Of a DNA stretch of 64,000 nucleotides, positions 19,380 to 29,679 are shown one piece after another. The stretch's first letter is position 1, and each line of letters opens with the position of its first letter. Source of the DNA: an uncultured delta proteobacterium (GTDB taxonomy: Bacteria; Desulfobacterota; Binatia; Binatales; Binataceae); the NCBI GenBank assembly GCA_963724765.1, contig CAVRVY010000004.1:864001-928000 (forward strand), given 5' to 3'. The notes under the pieces were generated by a model. It worked only from the letters and a program-made list of their open reading frames with translations, did no database searches and was not told where the DNA came from. The translations under genes were made by a program, and so were the position numbers.

Positions 19380-20729
19380 TTACGGCGCGGTGAGCGCTTC
19401 GACTTCGTCGATCGTCTTGGGAATCGCCGCGGTCAGCACTTCGTGGCCCTCCGCGGTGACCAGGACGTCATCCTCGATCCGGATGCCGACGCCGCGCATC
19501 GGCTCGGGCGCGCTCTCGTCGTCGGGCGCAATGTAGATCCCCGGCTCGACCGTCAACACCATCGAAGGCTCGAGCGCGCGCGAGCCTCCGCCGACGCGGT
19601 ACAGCCCCACGTCATGCACGTCCATCCCGAGCCAGTGGCTCGTCCGATGCATGTAGTAGCGGCGATACGTCGCGGTCGCGATCGCGTCGTCGAGCGGCCC
19701 CTTGACGAGGCCGAGCTCGATCATGCCCTCGACCAGCACGCGCAGAGCGGCTGCATGCACGTCGTCAAAGCGCACGCCCGGCTTTATCGATTCGATCCCG
19801 CGCCGCTGCGCTTCGAGCACGACCGAGTAGAGCGCGCGCTGCGCGGGGTTGAAACGCGTGCCGACCGGAAAGGTGCGGGTCACGTCGGAGGCGTAAAAGT
19901 CGACTTCGCATCCCGCGTCGATCAGCAGCAGATCGCCGCCTACCATCTTGCGGTCGTTGTGGATGTAGTGGAGCGTCGCGGCGTTCGGACCCGAAGCGAT
20001 GATCGACGGATAGCTGGGGCCGGCTGCGCCGCGCGAGCGAAACGCGTAGTCGACAAGCGCTTCGATCTCCCACTCCATCATCCCGCCTCGCGCCCGGCGC
20101 ATCGCGTCCTTGTGCGCCTCGCACGAAATCGCAACCGCACGGCGCATCGCGTCGAGCTCCTCGGGCCGCTTCTTCAGCCGCGCCTCATGGATTAGCTCGC
20201 GCGGATCGAGCATCGCCACCGGTCCCGAGCCGGTCCGCGGCCGCATCGCCTGCGCCCCGCGAATCAACTCGAGCACCCGCGCATTCATCCGCTCGTTGTT
20301 GCCGAGCGGGTAGTAAACGCGCTCGACGCCTTCGAGATAGCGCGGCAGCACACGGTCCAATTCGTCGATGACGTAGGCCTTGTCGGCGCCGTAATCGAGC
20401 ATCGCGCCTTCGACCCCGGCGCGCCGTCCGGTCCAGGTCTCGCGCTCGCGATCGCGCGGCCGCACGAACATCACGAATTCGCCGTCCTTGTGGCCCGGGG
20501 CGAACAGCGCCACCGACTCGGGCTCGGCAAACCCGGTCAGGTAGTAGAAATCATTGTCCTGGCGATAGACGAACTCTACGTCATTGGAGCGCACCGCGAC
20601 CGGCGCGCTCGGCACAATCGCGGCCGCCGCGCCGATCTCCGCCATGAAGCGCGCGCGCCGCTCTTTGAAAATCTCCGTGCGGCCGTTGGGATTCGTTTCA
20701 CTCACGCCGCCGCTCCCCGTCTGCGCCAT
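19380..20729 (-). CDS. pepP: Xaa-Pro aminopeptidase (M24B)
   Basis: AMP_N YRQDNDFYYLTG, LHY, DAG, DVTRTFP, HWLGMDVHD, TVEPGIY, GIRIEDD. Confidence 0.93.
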   Translation of the reverse strand: MAQTGSGGVSETNPNGRTEIFKERRARFMAEIGAAAAIVPSAPVAVRSNDVEFVYRQDNDFYYLTGFAEPESVALFAPGHKDGEFVMFVRPRDRERETWTGRRAGVEGAMLDYGADKAYVIDELDRVLPRYLEGVERVYYPLGNNERMNARVLELIRGAQAMRPRTGSGPVAMLDPRELIHEARLKKRPEELDAMRRAVAISCEAHKDAMRRARGGMMEWEIEALVDYAFRSRGAAGPSYPSIIASGPNAATLHYIHNDRKMVGGDLLLIDAGCEVDFYASDVTRTFPVGTRFNPAQRALYSVVLEAQRRGIESIKPGVRFDDVHAAALRVLVEGMIELGLVKGPLDDAIATATYRRYYMHRTSHWLGMDVHDVGLYRVGGGSRALEPSMVLTVEPGIYIAPDDESAPEPMRGVGIRIEDDVLVTAEGHEVLTAAIPKTIDEVEALTAP

Positions 20730-20732
20730 CGC

Positions 20733-21575
20733 CTACGGAAAACCTGCGCCGGCAACCTCGACCTCCGTGGTCTCGATCCGCGAGTTGCGCTTGGCGCGGA
20801 GCACGTCGGGGTCGATCGACTCTGACGTGAGCAAAAAAAGCGTACGGCGCCCGGGACCGCCGAGCATGCATGCGATCGGCATCTGCTCGCGCGTGATCCG
20901 CTCGGTCACCTGACCGCCCTGCTTCACCCGCAACAGCTCGTGGGTAAATGGCGAGGCCACCCAAATCGCGCCCTCGGCGTCGAGCGCGATTCCGTCGGGC
21001 ACCCCCTCGCCCAGCTCGGCCCACACGCGGCGGTTGGTGAGCGTGCCGTCGGCGGCAATGTCGAACGCAGTCAACCGATGGCCCATCGTCTCGCCCACCA
21101 CCAGTGTCTTGCCGTCGGGCGTGATCACGCTGCCGTTGGGAAACTCAAGATCGCGCGCCACCACGCGCGCCGCGCCGTTGGGCTCGACCATCACCAGCTC
21201 GGCCGGCTTCTGCGGCGCATGCGAAATGATGTCGTAGCCGAAATTGCCGACGTAGGCACGGCCGCGGCCGTCGACCACCATGTCGTTGCAATGATACGAG
21301 GCGAGCGCGCTGAGGTCGGCGTGCAGCTTGAGCCCGACGGCCTCGTGGCGCAGCAGCTTGCGGTCGGTCATCGAGACCACCAGCATCCGCCCGTCCGCAA
21401 GCCATCCCAGGCCCGAGGGCCATGCCGCGACTTCAGCGATCACCGTGTTGCGGCCTTGCATATCGACCGCGTTCACCGTATGCGCGTGCATGTCGGAGTA
21501 ATAGAGCTTCCCATCATGCCATCGCGGCCCTTCGCCGAAAGCCAGGTTGTCCAGCAATGCTTTGAATTGTCTCAT
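20733..21575 (-). CDS. SMP-30/gluconolactonase family protein
   Basis: FGEGPRWHDG, NDMVVDGRGRAYVG, FPNG, PDGIALDAEG; GGAGG RBS before 21575. Confidence 0.9.
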   Translation of the reverse strand: MRQFKALLDNLAFGEGPRWHDGKLYYSDMHAHTVNAVDMQGRNTVIAEVAAWPSGLGWLADGRMLVVSMTDRKLLRHEAVGLKLHADLSALASYHCNDMVVDGRGRAYVGNFGYDIISHAPQKPAELVMVEPNGAARVVARDLEFPNGSVITPDGKTLVVGETMGHRLTAFDIAADGTLTNRRVWAELGEGVPDGIALDAEGAIWVASPFTHELLRVKQGGQVTERITREQMPIACMLGGPGRRTLFLLTSESIDPDVLRAKRNSRIETTEVEVAGAGFP

Positions 21576-21624
21576 GGCTCCTCCGGAACAATTAGTGCCT
21601 GCGCGTAACCGTATTGCGTAATTG

Positions 21625-22863
21625 CTATTCCAACGCGCCGGCCGCACGCAGTTGTGCAACCTCGTCGGCACTATAGCCTAGCACCTGCGTGAGCACTTCG
21701 TCGGTATGCTGTCCGATAAGCGGCGCCGGCGCGCGAACCCCGCTTTCGGTGCGGCTCATCCGCCACGGGATTCCGCAATGCTGCTGCACGCCGACTTCAG
21801 GGTGGTCGAGGTAGACCCAGTAGCCGCGCTCCTTCAAATGAGGATCCTCGGAGACGAACTTGTTGGGCGCGCATACGGCCGCCGCCACGCCGGCAGCCTG
21901 GAGGATTTGTTCCGCCTCGGCGGCGCTGCGCTGCGAGGTCCACGCGGTGATCGCGGCCTCGAGATCGTCCTCGTTGTGCTTGCGCGCCGCGGCGGTAGCG
22001 AAGCGCGCATCGCGCGCCATCTCGGGCCGTCCGATCGCGCCCGCCAACCGGCCGAACTCGGCGTCGTCGGCGGCCACGATCGACACCCACATGTCGATTA
22101 TGATGCCGGTGTTCTCGAATCGATCCCTGGACGGGAAAATGCCGTGGGGCGCGATCAGCGGATCGCGATTTCCGTCGCGCGCGGGCTCGTGCCCGTTCAT
22201 CGTGTAGTCCATTATTCCTTCGGGCAGCAGCCCCATCGCGCACTCCCACTGGCTCATGTCGATGTACTGGCCTTCGCCGGTTTTCTTGCGATGGTAGAGC
22301 GCGGCCAGGAGCGCGAACGCGCCATGCACGCCGGCATTGGGATCGGCGTAGCTGAAACCGGTATGCATCGGCCGCCATCCCTTGTAGCCGGTGAGCGAGG
22401 AGAAGCCCGAGAGCGGCACCTGCGCCGGCCCATAGGCGACGTATTCGTGGTACGGTCCCGTGTCGCCATAGCCGGAGAGCGAGATCATGATGAGGTCGGG
22501 CTTGATCTTGCAAAGCGCCTCGTAACCCAGTCCCAGCCTTTCCATCACGCCGGAGGCGAAATTGTTGGTGACTATGTCACTCGCCTCGACCAAGCGGCGC
22601 GCGACATCGAGCGCACCCGGCTTCGCGTAGTTCAGCGTCAGCGAGCGCTTGCCCTGGTTATACTGGTTGAAGTAGCCGGAGCGATTGATGCCGGGTTTGC
22701 CCTCGGGCCACGGCGGCAGCATCCGCGTCACGCACGGCCGCGTGCGGGTCTCGATGCGAATTACATCGGCGCCGAGATGGGCGAGCTGGAGCGTGCAGTA
22801 CGGCCCCGCCCATACCCAGGTGAAGTCGGCAATTCTCACGCCTTCAAGTGGAAGCTTCGCCAT
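21625..22863 (-). CDS. Class III CoA-transferase (CaiB/BaiF), catalytic-type subunit
   Basis: WAGPY...LGADVIRIE, NQGKRS, GFSYADPNAG with catalytic Asp, GEGQYID. Confidence 0.92.
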   Translation of the reverse strand: MAKLPLEGVRIADFTWVWAGPYCTLQLAHLGADVIRIETRTRPCVTRMLPPWPEGKPGINRSGYFNQYNQGKRSLTLNYAKPGALDVARRLVEASDIVTNNFASGVMERLGLGYEALCKIKPDLIMISLSGYGDTGPYHEYVAYGPAQVPLSGFSSLTGYKGWRPMHTGFSYADPNAGVHGAFALLAALYHRKKTGEGQYIDMSQWECAMGLLPEGIMDYTMNGHEPARDGNRDPLIAPHGIFPSRDRFENTGIIIDMWVSIVAADDAEFGRLAGAIGRPEMARDARFATAAARKHNEDDLEAAITAWTSQRSAAEAEQILQAAGVAAAVCAPNKFVSEDPHLKERGYWVYLDHPEVGVQQHCGIPWRMSRTESGVRAPAPLIGQHTDEVLTQVLGYSADEVAQLRAAGALE

Positions 22864-22913
22864 CGTTTAATCTCTATTTGCTCTCGCCGTGGCGCTCGCG
22901 TCACACTGCGCGC

Positions 22914-24122
22914 TCAGATCACTCCCGCGCGCCGCAACCCGTCGATATGCGCCGGTTCCAAGCCCAGGCGCGCGCCGAAAATCTCCTCGTTATGCTGCCC
23001 GAGCGTCGGCGCCGGGCGGCGAATCTCCCACGGGGTGCGGCCGTACTTGAGCGGCGCGCCGGGATACTTGTGCGTGCCTGCCACGGGATGCGCTATCTCA
23101 ACAAAGAAGCCGCGCTTTTTCAGATGATCGGAGCTGAGCAGATCGCCCATGGTCGAGACCGGCGCGAAGGGGATACGCCGCGCCTGCGCTTTCTTGTAGA
23201 GCTCGAGCGCGCTCTGATCCTTGATCCAGTCCTCCAGAAAAACCTTGAGCGCGTCCCAGTTGACACCGCGTTTGAGCCGGTCAGCGAAAATCTCTTCCGA
23301 CGCCCACTCCGGATTGCCCATCAGCTCGACGAAATTGCGCCACTGATGCTCCTCGACGCAGCAGACGAAAATATAACCGTCGCGGCATTCCATCACTTCG
23401 AGCGGCTGGATTGGCTTCTGCCCCAGCCGCGACGCGACCATATTCATGTAGGGCCAGAATTCGAAGAACATCTCCATCTCGGCGGCCAGCGATTCGTAAA
23501 TCGAAACCTCAACGTGTTGGCCTTCGCCGTCGCGCACTTGCGCGAACACCGCGCCCATCGTCGCGACCGCCGCATGCGCTCCGCCCTGGAAGCCGGCCTG
23601 CTGGCCGAAGGTCTTGAGCGGCGGCAACTCGGGATACTGCCAGCCGCCGCCGTTGACGTAGCAGACGCCGCCCGCGCTCCACAGCGTCAGATCTTCGGCG
23701 CGCCAATCGCGCTTGGGCCCGCTTAACCCCCACGGCGAAATCGAGGTCATCACCAGACGCGGATTGCGGGTGCGCAGGCGTTCGAAGCTGAGCCCGATAC
23801 GGTCCATATCGGCCGGCGCGACGTTGTGAATGAGAACGTCGGCGTCGGCGGTTAACCGTTCGAGCAACGCGAAGCCCTCGGGAAGCGCCAGGTCGAGCGT
23901 GACCCCGAGCTTGTTGGTATTGAGGTAAAGATAGAGGCCGCTTTTTTCCGGATGCGTCTCGCCGCCGGGAAACGGGCCGCGCGAGCGCGCGCGGTCGCCG
24001 GCGCCCGGCCGCTCGATTTTGATCACCTCCGCTCCCATGTCGGCCATCAGCTTGGCCGCGTAGGGAGCGGCGACCATCTCGCCCAATTCGACGACTTTAA
24101 GCCCTGAGAGCGCGCCGGCCAT
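22914..24122 (-). CDS. Class III CoA-transferase (CaiB/BaiF), second subunit
   Basis: MGAEVIKIERP, LNTNKLG, GEGQHVEVS, APTLGQHN; no Asp at the catalytic position. Confidence 0.9.
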   Translation of the reverse strand: MAGALSGLKVVELGEMVAAPYAAKLMADMGAEVIKIERPGAGDRARSRGPFPGGETHPEKSGLYLYLNTNKLGVTLDLALPEGFALLERLTADADVLIHNVAPADMDRIGLSFERLRTRNPRLVMTSISPWGLSGPKRDWRAEDLTLWSAGGVCYVNGGGWQYPELPPLKTFGQQAGFQGGAHAAVATMGAVFAQVRDGEGQHVEVSIYESLAAEMEMFFEFWPYMNMVASRLGQKPIQPLEVMECRDGYIFVCCVEEHQWRNFVELMGNPEWASEEIFADRLKRGVNWDALKVFLEDWIKDQSALELYKKAQARRIPFAPVSTMGDLLSSDHLKKRGFFVEIAHPVAGTHKYPGAPLKYGRTPWEIRRPAPTLGQHNEEIFGARLGLEPAHIDGLRRAGVI

Positions 24123-24139
24123 TGCTACGCACCACCCGA

Positions 24140-24412
24140 TTATTCGGGCAACACCTTGCGGAACGGCTTGACCTCGACTCGCTCGAACACGCCGTCGCGA
24201 GCGTACGGATCGTTGCTCGCGAATTCGAGCGCCGCCGCCTCGCTCTCCATGTCGACGATGATCAGGCTGCCGCTGCCGTCAGTGAACGGGCCGCCGATTA
24301 GCATCTTGCCGCTCTGGGCGACCGGCCCCACGTACGCGAGATGGCGCGGACGCACCGTGGGCCTGAGCGCGGCGCCGTTGGGTCCGTCGTGGCCGATGAT
24401 CACGAACAACAT
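24140..24412 (-). CDS. YciI family protein
   Basis: R..HL, GGP...GSL, DPY...GVF motifs. Confidence 0.85.
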   Translation of the reverse strand: MLFVIIGHDGPNGAALRPTVRPRHLAYVGPVAQSGKMLIGGPFTDGSGSLIIVDMESEAAALEFASNDPYARDGVFERVEVKPFRKVLPE

Positions 24413-24490
24413 GCTGTTCCTCCTGCCCAGCGCGAAGTTAGCATGCACGCCGCGCGCCGCCCAAGCGCCGTCAAGGGGTTCGGGTGCGCG

Positions 24491-25276
24491 TCAGGTGGCC
24501 GAAATAGCGCCGTAGCCGGTGTAGTAAATCATGAAATACGCAGCGCCCAGCGCAAACAGCGCCACGGTTGCCGCGACGTCGCTCGGTTCGACCGGGTAGT
24601 CGATGAAACTGGTCGGCTGACGGCTCATCCCGAAGCCGCGCGCCTCCAGTGCCATCGCCATCGAATTGGCCTTGCGCAACGCTCCCATGAAAACAGGAAT
24701 CAGGACTGGCACGTAGCGTTTAACTCGCTCCAGCGGGCCACCGCGATTGAAATCGTAGCCGCGCAGGTTCTGCGCCTGAACCACGGTGAGCGCCGAATCG
24801 ATGAACAGCGGCACCAGGCGGAACGAAAGCGTGATCGCGAAGCCTACGCGGTAGGGTACGCCCAAACGCGCGAGGCCGGCGGTGAATTCCTCGACCTTGG
24901 TGGTCGACAGGAACAGCACCGAGGTCGCGAGCAGTTCGGCCAGCTTCAGACCGCGCCCCAGCCCGAACACCAGCGACGCACGGCTCAGATGGATGAGCGG
25001 CAGATTTATCAGCGCCGGCCCCTTGCGATAGAAAACCATCCAGGCGAGCGTGGTGGACAGGATCACCAGGATGAAGAGCCAGCGCAGGCGATAAAAGTTC
25101 GGCCAGGCGCCGGTGAACTCCGCGAGCGCCAGCATCACCAGCCCGAGCGGCAGCAGGGCCAGCGGATGGTCGACCCAGTAGACCGACCAGAACATCACGA
25201 ACAGCGCAAAAACCTTGACCGTCGGATGGAGCCGATGGATGAAGGTGGCGCGCTCGATGTAGAGAAAGATCGGCAT
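24491..25276 (-). CDS. ECF transporter T component (EcfT/CbiQ)
   Basis: IHRLHP..K, AQNLRG and ALEARGF conserved Arg motifs. Confidence 0.9.
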   Translation of the reverse strand: MPIFLYIERATFIHRLHPTVKVFALFVMFWSVYWVDHPLALLPLGLVMLALAEFTGAWPNFYRLRWLFILVILSTTLAWMVFYRKGPALINLPLIHLSRASLVFGLGRGLKLAELLATSVLFLSTTKVEEFTAGLARLGVPYRVGFAITLSFRLVPLFIDSALTVVQAQNLRGYDFNRGGPLERVKRYVPVLIPVFMGALRKANSMAMALEARGFGMSRQPTSFIDYPVEPSDVAATVALFALGAAYFMIYYTGYGAISAT

Positions 25277-25277
25277 T

Positions 25278-27047
25278 TCAGCTCTGCGCTCTCAGCCACG
25301 CGGCGAGTTCGTCGGGCCCAAGCGCGACCGTGCCGAAGCGGCGCGAAAGCTCGGTCGCCTCGGGCGCGCGAAACGACGAGGAGGCGAGCAACTCGTCGTG
25401 GGCGAAAAATTCGCGCACGCCGCCGTCGAAGAGCTTGCGCCCGCCGCGGATCAGGACCACGCGGCGCGCGTACTCGGCGACCAGCCACGGCGTATGCGTG
25501 ATCATCACGATCGCGATTCCGTCGCGGTTGAGATCGGTCACCAGCGCCATCATGCGGCGCTGCTCGCGATAGTCGAGACCAGTAGTCGGCTCGTCGAGAA
25601 TCAGCAGGCGCGGGCGCAACGCGAGCACGCTCGCCACTGCCAGGCGCTGGCGCTCGCCCTTGCTAAGCAGGAATGGGTCGAGCGCGCGCGCATCCTGAAG
25701 CCCCACCGCGCGAAGGACTTCGCCACATCGGCGTTGAATCTCGCCGGGCGCGAGGTCGAAGTTGCGCGGCCCAAAAGCTACCTCGTCCTCGACGGTCGCG
25801 GCGAAAATCTGATTGTCGGGATTTTGGAAAACGTAGCCGACCTCGGCGGCGGTCTCTGCCGGGCGCATCGTGGTGCGGTCGCGTCCGTTGAGCATTACAG
25901 CGCCCGCGATGGGCCGCAGCAGGCCGACCAGATGCTTGGCCAGCGTGGTCTTCCCCGAGCCGTTCTGGCCGATGATCGCGACGAATTCGCCCGGGGCGAT
26001 CCGCAGATCGATCGAATCGAGCACCGGCGGCCCGTCCGGGTAGTTGAATTTGAGCGCGCGCACCTCGACCAGAGGATTTGCGCCATTGGCGATCGGCGCA
26101 TCCTGGGCACAAGCATCGGGGGCGGCGCCGGAAGGATGAGACGAAGCACCGAGATGTGGCAGCGCGCTGCGAATCAGCGCCTCGGCTTCATCCACGCTTG
26201 CGGCATGGGCCGCAATTCCCGAGGAGGCGAGCACGCGGTTCAGGTCGGGCGGATGAACTCCGCACTCCTCGAGCAGTTCGAGCCGCGTCATCAGATCGTG
26301 CGGCACGCCCTCGGCGATTATCTCTCCCTGGCGAAATAGCACCAGGCGATCGGCGCCGCGCAGTACCTCGGCCTCATGCTCGATCACGATCAGGCTGAAT
26401 CCCTGCTCGCGCAGGCTGCGAATCAGCGCGAAGATCTCGGCCTTGCCTTCGGGGTCAAGATCGGTGGTCGGCTCGTCGAGCACGATCACCGACGGGCGAA
26501 GCGCGAGCACCGAGGCGATCGCGAGCCGCTGCTTTTCGCCGCCCGAGAGCGAGGTCGGGTCGCGATGCTCGAAGCCGGCCAGGCCGACCGCCTCGAGCGC
26601 GGGGCGGATGCGGCGCGCCATCTCGCTGCGCTCCATCCCGACCTGCTCCATTGCGAACGCGACTTCGTGCGCGACGTTGGTGGAAAAGAGCTGCGCCTCG
26701 AAATCCTGGAAGACCATCCCGACCCGCGGCGCGACCTCGCAGACGCGCGCGCCGTCAAGCGAGCGGCCGCCGATTCGCACCACGCCTGCAAATGCACCGC
26801 CCTCGAACTCGGGCACGATCCGATTGAGGCACTTGGCGAGCGTCGACTTGCCCGCGCCGGACGCGCCCATCACACCGACCATCTCGCCTGCGGCGACCGT
26901 AAAGCTGATGCGGCTGAGTGCCGGACGCTCGCCCTCGTGATAGGTGAAGCTTACGCCTTCGAGCGCCACGGCGTGCGCGGCGGCGGCCGCACCGTCGTCC
27001 AGTCCTACTGCGCCGGACGCTCCGGAGGCGGGATTGCCGTCCTTCAC
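25278..27047 (-). CDS. ECF transporter fused double ATPase (EcfA-A')
   Basis: Two ABC cassettes (GASGAGKS/LSGGEKQR; GQNGSGKT/LSKGERQR); GTG start overlapping upstream stop (GTGA). Confidence 0.9.
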   Translation of the reverse strand: MKDGNPASGASGAVGLDDGAAAAAHAVALEGVSFTYHEGERPALSRISFTVAAGEMVGVMGASGAGKSTLAKCLNRIVPEFEGGAFAGVVRIGGRSLDGARVCEVAPRVGMVFQDFEAQLFSTNVAHEVAFAMEQVGMERSEMARRIRPALEAVGLAGFEHRDPTSLSGGEKQRLAIASVLALRPSVIVLDEPTTDLDPEGKAEIFALIRSLREQGFSLIVIEHEAEVLRGADRLVLFRQGEIIAEGVPHDLMTRLELLEECGVHPPDLNRVLASSGIAAHAASVDEAEALIRSALPHLGASSHPSGAAPDACAQDAPIANGANPLVEVRALKFNYPDGPPVLDSIDLRIAPGEFVAIIGQNGSGKTTLAKHLVGLLRPIAGAVMLNGRDRTTMRPAETAAEVGYVFQNPDNQIFAATVEDEVAFGPRNFDLAPGEIQRRCGEVLRAVGLQDARALDPFLLSKGERQRLAVASVLALRPRLLILDEPTTGLDYREQRRMMALVTDLNRDGIAIVMITHTPWLVAEYARRVVLIRGGRKLFDGGVREFFAHDELLASSSFRAPEATELSRRFGTVALGPDELAAWLRAQS

Positions 27048-27829
27048 ATCAGCCCCACGCCCACCACGGCCAGCAGGATGAACGGGCTCACGACGATCGC
27101 GATCTCCTTGTCGTACGGCGCCTGCGTCATCGCCGCCGACAGAAACGACGGCGCCCAATAGCCGGTGGAAACCAGGTTGCCCATCAGCCACGCGCCCGCC
27201 TCGCCCGCCACCAGTATCGCGAGCCCGGCCGCGCGCACGCCCCATCGGCGCTCTTTGAACTCGGGCATCACGTCGGTATACAGCATCCGCCCGCGCGCCA
27301 CCCGGGGATAGACCGCGATCAGGATGAGCGGCGAGAGCACCAGGGCCGAGGCCATGTTGTTGAACACGATCACGTTGCCCAGGATGCTGAAGGGCCGCAG
27401 GCCGAGCAGGTTGTCGCCCCATCCGACGATATCGGCGCAAATCACGGAGGCGGCCAGACATGCCGCTACGTATTTGGCGATCGCTGCGGGCGAGCGCGTA
27501 ATCGGGCTCTGGCCTTGGGCGACCACGTTCCAGACCTTGTATGGGATGTATCCGTACAGGAGGTTGGCGAAGAAACCGAAAATGTCGCCAGGACCAACGC
27601 CGCCGAAGAAATCACCGATCATGTTGCCGATCGCCGAGCCCCAGGCCGCCGCCGGCCCGAACAGAAACGAGCACACGATCGGAATCGCATTGGCCGGACG
27701 CAATTCGGTGACGCCTGGGATGAGCGGCACCACTTTGAACGGCACCAGCACGGCGGCATAGAGCGCGGCCGAGATCGCGCATAGCACGACCATCCGGGTG
27801 TTGCGCCACATCGCGCCTAGCTCTCTCAT
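27044..27829 (-). CDS. ECF transporter S component (QueT-like family)
   Basis: Multi-TM protein, ELRPANAIP..LFGP.AAWG..IGN.IGD motif; in operon with EcfA/T. Confidence 0.78.
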   Translation of the reverse strand: MRELGAMWRNTRMVVLCAISAALYAAVLVPFKVVPLIPGVTELRPANAIPIVCSFLFGPAAAWGSAIGNMIGDFFGGVGPGDIFGFFANLLYGYIPYKVWNVVAQGQSPITRSPAAIAKYVAACLAASVICADIVGWGDNLLGLRPFSILGNVIVFNNMASALVLSPLILIAVYPRVARGRMLYTDVMPEFKERRWGVRAAGLAILVAGEAGAWLMGNLVSTGYWAPSFLSAAMTQAPYDKEIAIVVSPFILLAVVGVGLM

Positions 27830-28004
27830 CGCGCGCGCTTTCCGCTCGGGTCCATCTCGACGCCAAGCAGTATCCTGCCGCCGATCCACTGATCAAGCGG
27901 GGGGTGGCGTACTTTCAATTTACGGACGCAGGGCGGCGCTCTTGCCCTCGCCGCGCGTGGAACGGAAAATCGAGGCGTACTCCGCCAGGTGGAGTTTTGC
28001 CGGA

Positions 28005-28373
28005 ATGCCGATCTACGAATATCAATGTGAGAAGTGTCGCAAGCGCACCAGCGTGCTCACGATGCGCGTGAGCGAGCGGGTCGAGGCGGTATGCAAGCAT
28101 TGCGGGAGCGCGCGGATGCGCCGTCTGATGTCGCGCTTCGCGACGCCGCGCAGCGAGGAGTCGCGGATGGATTCGCTGTCGGATCCCTCCGGCTTCTCCG
28201 ACGTCGACGAGAACGACCCCAAAAGTATCGCGCGTGCGCTCAGGAAAATGGGCAAGGAGATGGGCGACGAGATGGGCGGGCCGGAATTCGATGAAGCGGT
28301 GGACCAACTCGAGCGCGGCGGCGGTTTGGATGACGACGGCGGCGACGATGGCGGTGGCGGCGATGATCTGTAG
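28005..28373 (+). CDS. FmdB-family zinc-ribbon regulatory protein
   Basis: MPIYEYQCEKC...CKHCGS, acidic tail. Confidence 0.88.
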   Translation: MPIYEYQCEKCRKRTSVLTMRVSERVEAVCKHCGSARMRRLMSRFATPRSEESRMDSLSDPSGFSDVDENDPKSIARALRKMGKEMGDEMGGPEFDEAVDQLERGGGLDDDGGDDGGGGDDL

Positions 28374-28417
28374 CTGTCAGCGACTGGCCGGTCCGGCCTG
28401 ATTCACTTCTTAACTCT

Positions 28418-29017
28418 TCACTTCTTCTTCACTGCCTCGACATCGATTGACACCGAGACTTCGTCGCCCACCACGGCGCCGCCGGCTTCGATCATCTTGT
28501 TCCACGTAAGCCCGAAGGCTTTGCGGCTGATCTTGGTGGTCGCGGACGCGCCGGCGCGTGTGTTGCCCCACGGATCCTTGATTGGCGCGGTCGGCCCATC
28601 AACCGCGAGCGTGACCTCCTTGGTGACGCCGTGGAGCGTGAGGTCGCCGACGACGTTCCACTTGCCGGGACCCGCCGGCTCAACCTTCTTCGACTTGAAG
28701 GTCATCCTTGGATACTTCGCGACGTCGAGGAAGTTGGCGCTCTTGAGGTCGGCGTCGCGGTCCGAGGAGCGCGTATCGATCGACGCGGTATCGATGGTCA
28801 CATCGATCGAAACCGATGCGGGATCGTTGCCCTTGGCGGTGATGGTGCCCGCGACTTTGTCGAACTGGCCCCTGACGCTCGAGATAGTCATGTGCCGCAC
28901 GGTGAAGCCGACGGTGGTGTGACCGGGATCGATCTGCCAGGTATCCGCCGACGCGGCGAGCGGGACAGCGATTACCAGCGCTAGTGCGATCAAACTTCGC
29001 AACATCCAGTTTTTCAT
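28418..29017 (-). CDS. YceI family periplasmic polyisoprenoid-binding protein
   Basis: Signal peptide, WQIDPGHT, RD.DL.S..FLDV.KYP, GDLTLHGVTK. Confidence 0.92.
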   Translation of the reverse strand: MKNWMLRSLIALALVIAVPLAASADTWQIDPGHTTVGFTVRHMTISSVRGQFDKVAGTITAKGNDPASVSIDVTIDTASIDTRSSDRDADLKSANFLDVAKYPRMTFKSKKVEPAGPGKWNVVGDLTLHGVTKEVTLAVDGPTAPIKDPWGNTRAGASATTKISRKAFGLTWNKMIEAGGAVVGDEVSVSIDVEAVKKK

Positions 29018-29080
29018 CAGCGCTCCCCAAGCCGGACACGGGCGTCCGTTTTTCCGTTCAACCCAAGAGCCAGTAGCAGT

Positions 29081-29560
29081 CTAGCCGGCCTCCAGCAACA
29101 CCACGGCGGCCGCCGCCATCCCTTCGCCGCGCCCGAGCGCGCCCAATCCTTCCGGACTCGAGGCCTTGACGTTGAGCATCGCCGGCTCCGCGCCGAGCGC
29201 GCCCGCCATCCGCTCCCGCATCGCGTCGACGTAAGGCGCAAGCCGCGGGCGCTGCGCGAAGATCGTAAGGTCGGCGTTGACCAGACGCCATCCGCGCCCG
29301 CTCGCGAGCTTCCAAACCTCGGCGAGCAGCGCGAGGCTATCGGCGTTCTTGTAGCGGGGGTCGCTGTCGGGGAAATGGCGGCCGAGGTCGCCCTCGCCCA
29401 GCGCGCCAAGGATGGCGTTGGCCAGCGCATGGGCGGCGACGTCGGCGTCGGAGTGTCCGTCGAGTCCCGTGTCATGGCGGATCGTTACGCCGCCGAGCTT
29501 GAGCGCGCGGCCCGGACGCATCGGATGGAAGTCGAAGCCCTGCCCCACCTTAAGCCGCAT
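29081..29560 (-). CDS. ispF: 2-C-methyl-D-erythritol 2,4-cyclodiphosphate synthase
   Basis: GQGFDFH, GHSDADV..HA, GDLG.HFPD, GRGEG. Confidence 0.92.
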   Translation of the reverse strand: MRLKVGQGFDFHPMRPGRALKLGGVTIRHDTGLDGHSDADVAAHALANAILGALGEGDLGRHFPDSDPRYKNADSLALLAEVWKLASGRGWRLVNADLTIFAQRPRLAPYVDAMRERMAGALGAEPAMLNVKASSPEGLGALGRGEGMAAAAVVLLEAG

Positions 29561-29679
29561 CGCGCCCGCCCTTCAGTCCGCAGCGGATTCCACCGGGCAT
29601 CGCACCGAGCGCGTTGACAATACTTGGGACGGCGTCCAAGCTTTGACGCAGTCCGTTGTTACGGGCGCCAGGAGGGGAC

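Noticed and set aside
27830-28004. Riboswitch (preQ1/TPP/cobalamin) upstream of the ECF operon
   Set aside because: No recognisable conserved motif by eye; an Infernal/Rfam scan would be needed
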